From an uncultured virus (IMG/VR IMGVR_UViG_2937164673_000001) (Duplodnaviria > Heunggongvirae > Uroviricota > Caudoviricetes): DNA of 20,000 nt. The stretch lies in the IMG/VR virus record IMGVR_UViG_2937164673_000001; one strand, written 5' to 3'. A model generated the notes under the pieces. It saw only the letters and a program-made list of their open reading frames with translations. It did not search any database and was not told the DNA's origin. A program made the position numbers and the translations under genes. Positions 1 to 6,044 of this stretch are shown here, piece after piece (the stretch's first letter is position 1; each line of letters starts with the position of its first letter).

Positions 1-354
1 GCGTCAACACCAAGCGGAACGTATGTTAAGGAACAACACCGAGTTTCGTATAATACGGCTAAGAAACAGTCGGGTAAGACATATAAGTTAGCGTTTTTTG
101 AAAATCGTGCAAGTTCCGATACGGGTTCGGTATATTACACGCTTGGGTATTATCAAGGCGGCAAGCTTAAAATGATTAATTTGGACGACAGTGACTTTGG
201 AGGTTTTATTGAGGTTATTGATCCAAATTTGAAAACGCCGTTTGTGCAAATCAAGAAACATGATCATGCCAACACTTACTACATTCATCGTCCACCGTAC
301 AGTCAATATAACCAACCCACAGTCAAGGGTAGTGTTGCTGCTAAGGAAGATTAG
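1..354 (+). CDS. Hypothetical protein, 5'-truncated by the window edge
   Basis: Frame 1 is open from base 1 (ASTPSGTYVKEQ...) into the 172..354 ORF, ending at TAG. Confidence 0.75.
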   Translation, partial: ASTPSGTYVKEQHRVSYNTAKKQSGKTYKLAFFENRASSDTGSVYYTLGYYQGGKLKMINLDDSDFGGFIEVIDPNLKTPFVQIKKHDHANTYYIHRPPYSQYNQPTVKGSVAAKED

Positions 355-357
355 GTC

Positions 358-1047
358 GTGATTGACATGAAATGTAAAAGCTTAATGATGTATGGAGTCA
401 TGGGAGTAATGTTAATGACTGCCACACCAGTTCATGCAATAGCTCATTCATCTGGTGGACATGCTTCGACGGGAACCCATGCTTCAACAAGTCATACAAC
501 AGCTAGTAGAGGGGTAACATCAACTAGTCGTCCTTCTAGTTCTGCAACGGCAACAAGATCTGTAACAACTGGTGCCAAGCCAACGTCTATGCCAACAAAA
601 AGCACTAGTACAACTGTTGGGAAAAATACGGCTACACAATCAATTACAGCCAAACCATTGCCAACTAATGAGGCGACAAGAACAGCTTTAAATAGTACAT
701 ATAAGTCGCCAACATATCATAGCCTAATAGATCCCATACAAAGAAATAGTTATAGCTATTGGCATGGCTACTATGGGATTAATTCGCTAAATGCTACTTC
801 TGCCTATTCACGGATGGGGAATAGTTACTTCTGGTTGCCATACTGGATGATGTATAGCAACCAGACCCAAAAGGAGACACAAGTTGTTAAAGAGACAGCT
901 CAGAAACGTCATCTGAAATGGATAAGAATTGGTGATGATGTTGTATATGTACCCGAAAGTATAGCTCGCAAAGTGAAGGTTGGCGATAGAGTTAGCCTTT
1001 TGGATGATACACATATTCAAATTAATAATAAAATTTATAAGAGATAG
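358..1047 (+). CDS. Hypothetical secreted/membrane-anchored phage protein with Ser/Thr-rich linker
   Basis: 229 aa ORF with a signal-peptide-like N-terminus (ending VHA), HSSGGH and a long S/T-rich tract, then a Y/W-rich segment. Confidence 0.8.
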   Translation: MIDMKCKSLMMYGVMGVMLMTATPVHAIAHSSGGHASTGTHASTSHTTASRGVTSTSRPSSSATATRSVTTGAKPTSMPTKSTSTTVGKNTATQSITAKPLPTNEATRTALNSTYKSPTYHSLIDPIQRNSYSYWHGYYGINSLNATSAYSRMGNSYFWLPYWMMYSNQTQKETQVVKETAQKRHLKWIRIGDDVVYVPESIARKVKVGDRVSLLDDTHIQINNKIYKR

Positions 1048-1123
1048 AAGGGCAAATGTGCCTGGATAAGCAACCCATATAAAGGGTAAAAGCTACTATA
1101 TAAGAAAGAAGGAATATAGAAAG

Positions 1124-1927
1124 ATGTTTACACAATACAAGGATGTTTTAACTCATTTACCAGAATACTCAAAGAATATTTTCCGTAGAGGATATTTCAA
1201 ATGGCTGTTTGGACAAATGAAAAATTGGAGCAAGTTCTCGTGGGGACTTGTGGCGTTCAACTTTGTTTTGCAAATTTTCTTGGCAATCCAAGGGCTCGCA
1301 ACGACACCATTATCACATACCATCATAGGTTTCCTTTCAGCTAATTTAAGTGTTCTTTGCGTGGTAGGAATTAGTAATAAATCTGCGATCCAAGGATGGT
1401 TTGGGGCTACGTCAGCAATCTGTATCGCTATTAACGCATACTTGGCTCACAACTATGCAGACATGACATTGCAATTATTCTATCTGGTATTTCTTGATGC
1501 CTTTTGCATTCTATCTCCATCGTGGAATGATAATATTAAGGTACACAGCATTGGCGGTATTAAAGGTTGGCTGAAATATATCGGCTTCTTCTTTGTCGCT
1601 TGGGGAATTATTTACTATGTATATGGGTTGCTAAATGATCCACGTTTGTTCTTGGATTCATTAACTTTAGCAGTAAGTTTAACAGGTGCTTTGCTTGAAT
1701 TTAATCTAGCAAAAGAACAATTTGTATTCTGGATTTTAGGATCAGTAATTACCTTGGCGTTATGGGGACAAACAGCCATGCAAGGTGACGCCAACTGGGC
1801 GCTATTTGCTAGTTATAGTGTATTCTTGTTGAATGATATGTACGCATTATTTGGTAAGAACGGTTGGTTCCGTAAACAAGAAATTGTAACTGGTTTCGGT
1901 GACGAAGAGCGTAAATTAGCCAATTAA
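1124..1927 (+). CDS. pnuC: PnuC-family nicotinamide riboside/(deoxy)nucleoside transporter
   Basis: Multi-TM protein with PnuC-like motifs (ANLSVLCVVG, NYADMTLQLFY, DPRLFLDSLTLAVS, EQFVFW). SD AAGGA upstream. Confidence 0.85.
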   Translation: MFTQYKDVLTHLPEYSKNIFRRGYFKWLFGQMKNWSKFSWGLVAFNFVLQIFLAIQGLATTPLSHTIIGFLSANLSVLCVVGISNKSAIQGWFGATSAICIAINAYLAHNYADMTLQLFYLVFLDAFCILSPSWNDNIKVHSIGGIKGWLKYIGFFFVAWGIIYYVYGLLNDPRLFLDSLTLAVSLTGALLEFNLAKEQFVFWILGSVITLALWGQTAMQGDANWALFASYSVFLLNDMYALFGKNGWFRKQEIVTGFGDEERKLAN

Positions 1928-1940
1928 TACAATAATACAG

Positions 1941-1972
1941 AAAAACCGCCTAGTCCCGAAAAACTAGACGGT
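1941..1972. terminator. Hairpin after pnuC, putative terminator
   Basis: accgcctagt / actagacggt imperfect inverted repeat preceded by an A-tract. Confidence 0.45.
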
Positions 1973-2000
1973 AGATAAAAACACTAACTCATGCTATAAT
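1972..2000 (+). promoter_or_regulatory. Sigma-A promoter with extended -10
   Basis: TAGATA-17 bp-TATAAT, with TG preceding (TGCTATAAT 1992-2000). Confidence 0.6.
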
Positions 2001-2004
2001 ATAA

Positions 2005-2178
2005 CCGTATCAAAGAATTATATTACTTCAATAGTTGGGTTGATAAGTTAGCTGGCAAGTGTTCCTAGTCTGGTGTATTGCCGTACACCACCAACCAAAC
2101 ACTCGACAAAAAGGCTTGCGACTTAATCACACCCTTTAAACGGTTTTGGTGTATTGGGTCTCGACCAATGCACTTTTT
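2005..2178 (+). ncRNA. Putative ~170 nt rod-shaped sRNA
   Basis: Own promoter upstream, long irregular hairpin (2037-2134), and intrinsic terminator gtgtattgg/ccaatgcac + T5 (2149-2178). No credible ORF. Confidence 0.5.
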
Positions 2179-2278
2179 AATTATAACAGATAAAATGGCT
2201 ATTCTAACAAAAGAGTTAGGATGGTCATTTTTGTTTAAGGAGCGATAATATGACAAGATATATTAAGTGGGTGAACTA

Positions 2279-2542
2279 ATGATTAAGGTAAAAATTTATA
2301 CAAAAGAAAATTGCCCGGCTTGCATGATGACTAAGAAGTTGTTTAATAAGCTGGGCGTAGATTATAAAGAGGTAACAGTTCTTCAAGATAGTCCAATGTT
2401 AGAAGTTTTACGTGAACAGGGGTGGCACAGTTTTCCCGTAGTAGAATGGCTAGACGAAGAAGGCGTAGGAGACGCTTGGTCAGGATTTAACCCAGATAAT
2501 ATTAAGGAGGTAGCTAGTTATTATGGACAAAGCATTGATTAA
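2279..2542 (+). CDS. nrdH: NrdH-like glutaredoxin
   Basis: IYTKENCPACMMTK (CxxC), SFPVV and WSGFNPD motifs. ATG at 2279. Confidence 0.85.
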   Translation: MIKVKIYTKENCPACMMTKKLFNKLGVDYKEVTVLQDSPMLEVLREQGWHSFPVVEWLDEEGVGDAWSGFNPDNIKEVASYYGQSID

Positions 2543-2765
2543 ATTGTTTGAAAAAGAAATGTTTAACAAAGAGAATAGTGAAGATGGGTTTCGTAACTTC
2601 GTTCTTGATTACTATAAAAAACATTCAAAGGATACGTTTGAATATCCTAAAGATCGTTACGAACTTTTAACAAAGGGTGATCCTAAAGCGCAATGGACTA
2701 TGGAAGATATTGTTGTATATTACTTATCTAATAGCGATCAAAAAGGTAAAGTAACTTTTATTTGA
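2523..2765 (+). CDS. Hypothetical protein
   Basis: 80 aa ORF with SD AAGGAGG, overlapping the end of nrdH. Confidence 0.75.
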   Translation: MDKALIKLFEKEMFNKENSEDGFRNFVLDYYKKHSKDTFEYPKDRYELLTKGDPKAQWTMEDIVVYYLSNSDQKGKVTFI

Positions 2766-2806
2766 ACACAACAAAAATATTTTATATTAAATTGTAGGTA
2801 AATCAA

Positions 2807-2835
2807 TTGACAAATATTTTTGTTTGGGGTATTAT
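2807..2835 (+). promoter_or_regulatory. Strong sigma-A promoter for the RNA-gene island
   Basis: TTGACA (2807-2812), 17 bp spacer, TATTAT (2830-2835), AT-rich upstream. Confidence 0.85.
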
Positions 2836-2930
2836 AGATATCGTTGATGAGGAGCAACGCAGTTGCGACCCATTAATAAATCACACAGATCAAATGATCA
2901 CTTCAACATTTCAGGAGTAATCCTGATTAT

Positions 2931-3003
2931 GGACCTATAGTTTAACTGGATAGAACAGTAGTCTTCTAAACTACCAACCTTGGTTCGAGTCCAAGTGGGT
3001 CTA
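2931..3003 (+). tRNA. tRNA-Arg (UCU)
   Basis: GGACCTA/TGGGTCT acceptor, anticodon stem gtagt/actac with loop cTTCTaa, T-loop GGTTCGAGTCC. No encoded CCA. Confidence 0.9.
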
Positions 3004-3005
3004 TC

Positions 3006-3143
3006 GCGAAGAGTGGAAAGACAATAGTGCATTTTGGAAGTACACACTCCCTATATCTTTTAAGTTGATAATACAAATACACCTTTCTAATTTTTAATCA
3101 TCCATGTTTGTCTTTTACAGAGGTTCGACTCCTCTGCTTCGCA
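3006..3143 (+). ncRNA. tRNA-like RNA: acceptor stem + T arm with a ~105 nt insert replacing the D and anticodon arms
   Basis: GCGAAG/CTTCGC+A, T arm agagg-TTCGACT-cctct, inner stem gtggaaagacaa/ttgtcttttac. Confidence 0.7.
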
Positions 3144-3169
3144 TAGGGCAGAAATGCCCGAAATTATTA

Positions 3170-3263
3170 AACATTTATGTGCTGTGTTTGATAATCGAAA
3201 ATTGTTATTTTTTTATCACCTTCTTTTTGTTAACACACTGCGGTTCGATTCCGTTTTGTGTTA
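3170..3263 (+). ncRNA. Second tRNA-like RNA with an inserted stem-loop (weak acceptor stem)
   Basis: T arm gcgg-TTCGATT-ccgt, aacat/gtgtt acceptor-like pairing, inner stem tgtgtttgataa/ttgttaacaca. Confidence 0.5.
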
Positions 3264-3371
3264 TTCCCAGCTAAGTGGTTGGGCTGGGGAACTCCTTTCA
3301 TGGTTAAGCACCTCCGAAATATGAAAGATTGGTTAGTCAGATAAGATATGTGTGATCTTATCTTGACAAGT

Positions 3372-3440
3372 TTCGGTATAGCTCAATGGTAGAGCAACAT
3401 TATGTAGTGTAGATATGTGGTTCGATTCCCATTACCGAAA
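3372..3440 (+). ncRNA. tRNA-like RNA with collapsed anticodon loop
   Basis: Perfect TTCGGTA/TACCGAA acceptor and canonical D arm (gctc-aatggta-gagc). Anticodon arm acatt-ATGT-agtgt has only a 4 nt loop; T stem is bulged. Confidence 0.75.
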
Positions 3441-3592
3441 TTCCTAGAAATAGGTTGTTCCAAATGACGGAAAACGTTTGGAATGTAAAATCACCTAACG
3501 TATGTTCAATAGGTTATATTTTCCATATACCTTTACCTTTACATTTTTCAATTCGATCATTGTTATGTATTTGTTGAAATGCATAACAGGAT

Positions 3593-3675
3593 GCCTAGGT
3601 AGCGAAGTGGTTAAACGCTGCGGACTGTAAATCCGCCACCTTTTGGTTTCGGGGGTTCGAATCCCTCCCTGGGCA
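3593..3675 (+). tRNA. tRNA-Tyr (GUA)
   Basis: GCCTAGG/CCTGGGC acceptor, gcgga-ctGTAaa-tccgc anticodon arm, long variable arm, GGTTCGAATCC. Confidence 0.93.
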
Positions 3676-3711
3676 TTAAGAACTAATATGAAGAAAGGAG
3701 TAAGAGTGCAT

Positions 3712-4281
3712 ATGCCACTTAATGATGACTTAATTAGAGATATTCTGAAAAATGTTGCTATACATGGTGTAAAGGGGAATAACCTTACTAGCATCATAGC
3801 TGAACTTCCTGGATATTCAGAAAAGGCAATTTTGGAAACCCTTAACTGGATGGAAATAAATGATTTCATTGGTAAAACACAATTAGAAAACTACATTCTA
3901 TCTTATTATGGACGGTATGTGTTTGGAGTTATCGCCGATGATTCAGTTTGGGAATACGCAAAAAGCGAGTACACCAAACGAAATTGCAAAACATGGTCTT
4001 GGAGTTCTAAGGTTAGAATTGCCACTCAATACCTGAAAAAGTATGATCCTGAGGCTCCTGTAAAATTTGACTATTTGCCATATAAGAATGAGGAAAAAGG
4101 CACCTTATATTACTACAAAGATAAAGAGGGCAATAACATTCCTGCCTTTGGTGATTATAAGGGCGCATCGATTATGATTGACGACAAGAATGTTGATCGA
4201 GTTTTAGAGTTCTTTCCACAAGCTAAGAATAACTTATATGTGGTATATCAAGGTGTGGAATTCAAGATTAATAATGTTTAA
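3712..4281 (+). CDS. DUF2513-like protein with C-terminal extension
   Basis: SD AAAGGAG at ~3694-3700; start ATG 3712 or GTG 3706. LNDDLIRDIL...LSYYG...IADDSVWEYAK resembles the DUF2513 pattern as recalled. Confidence 0.6.
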   Translation: MPLNDDLIRDILKNVAIHGVKGNNLTSIIAELPGYSEKAILETLNWMEINDFIGKTQLENYILSYYGRYVFGVIADDSVWEYAKSEYTKRNCKTWSWSSKVRIATQYLKKYDPEAPVKFDYLPYKNEEKGTLYYYKDKEGNNIPAFGDYKGASIMIDDKNVDRVLEFFPQAKNNLYVVYQGVEFKINNV

Positions 4282-4294
4282 CCATTTAATGGTG

Positions 4295-4700
4295 AGAAGT
4301 AGGGTAGGACAGCAGGCGACCTAAGCCGCACGAAACTGTCCATGTTGCGGCAGGCAGTTTACTGAAAGTTCTTCTGCCAGTAAAATGATTCTTTTATAAA
4401 GTTTTTGCGTCTTTAAATTGCTGTTGTAACAGCGATAAGATAATAAACTTATTTATATAATCTGATTACGGCTCACGTAGGGCTTCGAAATACAGCATAA
4501 TTACCCACCTCGGTGTTCGTGTGAATACAAAAGAAATAGGTATGACAGATAAGAAAGAGGCTGTCTTGTTCAAGATTAATCAGATTAACGTGGAGCTTGA
4601 CTCCTTAATGGCTTGGGGCGAATTCGTCCTCGTGTTGATGTCTTTTGCTGACAAGTTTCAACCGTCACGTAAAAGCGGAAATGAAACGATACATGTATTA
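4295..4700 (+). ncRNA. Unassigned structured RNA(s): pseudoknot, long hairpin and multibranch domains
   Basis: ggacag/ctgtcc crossed by gccgca/tgcggc; 10 bp closing stem aatctgatta/taatcagatt (4459-4586); several more hairpins. Confidence 0.5.
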
Positions 4701-4708
4701 TGTTTGGA

Positions 4709-4763
4709 AGCCTTGTCTGATGGTGCCAGGAAGATTGATTGGGTTCGATCCCCAACAAGGCTA
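4709..4763 (+). ncRNA. Mini tRNA-like RNA (55 nt) lacking an anticodon arm
   Basis: Perfect AGCCTTG/CAAGGCT+A, D-like hairpin ctg-atggtgc-cag, T arm ttggg-TTCGATC-cccaa. Confidence 0.75.
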
Positions 4764-5018
4764 TTTCAGATAGTTCTTTATAGAATGGTCAGCTTAAGAT
4801 CGACTGAACTGTCTGAAAATGATTTGCCTAGTTATAGACCACATCTTCGCAATGCGAAGGTATCTACTAGAAATAGTAGTGATTAATCGCGGACAGAATT
4901 GCTAAGTTAATGTCCATCAAAAAGATATAAGCTCTAAGAGTAATCAGATTGATACTTAGCACAATCAACAAGCTCTTAACTTATCAGTTCACCATCTAAC
5001 GTTTCTGGGTGGATAACT
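4764..5018 (+). ncRNA. Unassigned structured RNA with an 8 nt loop-loop complement
   Basis: 13 bp stem tttcagatagttc/gaactgtctgaaa. Hairpin loop TGCTAAGT (4900-4907) is complementary to ACTTAGCA (4954-4961). Confidence 0.55.
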
Positions 5019-5020
5019 AT

Positions 5021-5092
5021 TGCCTTATCGTCTAATTGGTAGGACACGACTCTTTGGAAGTCGCAATGTTGGTTCGAGACCAGCTAAGGCAA
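5021..5092 (+). tRNA. tRNA-Gln (UUG)
   Basis: TGCCTTA/TAAGGCA acceptor, cgact-ctTTGga-agtcg anticodon arm, GGTTCGAGACC. Confidence 0.92.
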
Positions 5093-5094
5093 TT

Positions 5095-5212
5095 AACTTG
5101 ATAAATTATCCCTTCGCGGTGGCAAGGTTAGTGTCTCCACCTAAGTTTGCCGAGAATGGGCTGTTTACAGCGCACAAAGTGGAGTCGGTGCCATTCGGTA
5201 ATTTATCAAGTT
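5095..5212 (+). ncRNA. Unassigned ~118 nt structured RNA with kissing loops
   Basis: 16 bp closing stem aacttgataaattatc/ggtaatttatcaagtt encloses two arms whose loops carry CTCCAC (5135-5140) and GTGGAG (5179-5184). Confidence 0.6.
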
Positions 5213-5404
5213 TTGGTTCTAGTGTGCCGTCGCTAGAATTGTATTTCACTTAACGGAGCGGAGAGTAAATCCAGTATGTCCTTGGAAACATAGACTGTAA
5301 AACTGGTGTCTCGAAGTCAACACGAGGGTAGAATACCTGGTATTGTTGGCATGTGATAGCAGCGGGGTGTAGCTGCGAATATAAATAAATCACCTCTTTA
5401 TTAC

Positions 5405-5481
5405 ACTCCAGTAACTCAGTCAGGTTAGAGTGCACAACTTATAATTGTGAGGTCGCTTTGGTTCAAATCCAGCCTGGAGTA
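5405..5481 (+). tRNA. tRNA-Ile (UAU) with a 2 nt bulge in the T stem
   Basis: ACTCCAG/CTGGAGT acceptor, cacaa-ctTATaa-ttgtg anticodon arm, gc(tt)tgg-TTCAAAT-ccagc. Confidence 0.85.
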
Positions 5482-5494
5482 TTGCCATTATGGC

Positions 5495-5900
5495 AAAGAA
5501 CAATCCCTTTGCATTAAAGGTTACGACCGATCGCAGAGGTTTTATCGAGGGGTTATCACATCCCACTTGCTGACCTGAACAGTTTAATAAAATCAGGATT
5601 TTATAAAAGACAGGTACAATATTCGCTGACGGAACGTAGGCATGTGCGGAATCCGTGAGTGGGGCTAGGCTACGCCAACTCTCTATCGGTAGACAGTAGC
5701 AATTATGTCGGAGATAGGAATGAGTGATGTTAAGGTCTTGAAATGAGTCTCCCTTAACAAGAACATATCAAAACATTCAGCGAGTAACGACAGCGCCCCT
5801 TAGCAGGGATAAGGACTATGCCCATCCTATGAAGCTAGTAGGAATAAATGTGGAATAAGGCAAAAGCTGTTAGGGGTTCCACCAGAATAAATATTTTGAT
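5495..5900 (+). ncRNA. ROOL-like large structured RNA (compact, ~400 nt)
   Basis: Blocks I recall from ROOL RNAs occur in order: AACAATCC..TTGCA, TCTTGAAATGAG, ATATCAAAA, GAGTAACnACAGC, GAATAAATG..ATAAGGCAAAAGCTG..GGGTTC..AGAATA. Phage tRNA-cluster context is typical of ROOL. Boundaries approximate. Confidence 0.72.
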
Positions 5901-5908
5901 ATATAAGT

Positions 5909-5982
5909 AACACATTAGCTCAGCTAGGTAGAGCACTTACCGAAATGGTAAGAGGTCACAGGTTCAAATCCTGTATGTGTTA
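5909..5982 (+). ncRNA. Full-length tRNA-like RNA with non-canonical anticodon loop (nominal AAA)
   Basis: All four stems perfect (AACACAT/ATGTGTT, gctc/gagc, cttac/gtaag, acagg/cctgt). The loop CGAAATG lacks U33 and purine 37, and C32-G38 can pair. Confidence 0.8.
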
Positions 5983-6044
5983 TAGACTTCATTAAGAAGT
6001 CGATTTGAGTTATTATTTGGAGTTATGATTTAAAGCTCTATTCT

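Noticed and set aside
3495..3869. - strand 124 aa ORF, and the 3643 start of the + strand ORF
   Set aside because: Antisense shadow over tRNA-Tyr. The 3643 start lies inside the tRNA; the SD supports 3706 or 3712.
4307..4351. HDV-like/theta ribozyme
   Set aside because: No P3/L3 between P2 and P1', and not adjacent to a tRNA 3' end.
4521..4886. 121 aa ORF
   Set aside because: Runs through the mini-tRNA and dense RNA stems and has no recognisable protein features; probably spurious.
4290..5018. GOLLD RNA or group I intron
   Set aside because: Context fits GOLLD, but I could not find GOLLD blocks or group I P7 core sequences from memory. A covariance search is needed to exclude them fully.
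5020..5435. ORFs 5020..5253 (+) and 5250..5435 (-)
   Set aside because: They overlap tRNA-Gln and tRNA-Ile and lack an RBS.
5530..5570. glmS ribozyme-like GAGGTTTTATCGAG
   Set aside because: Other glmS core elements and a glmS gene are absent; the segment lies within the ROOL-like RNA.
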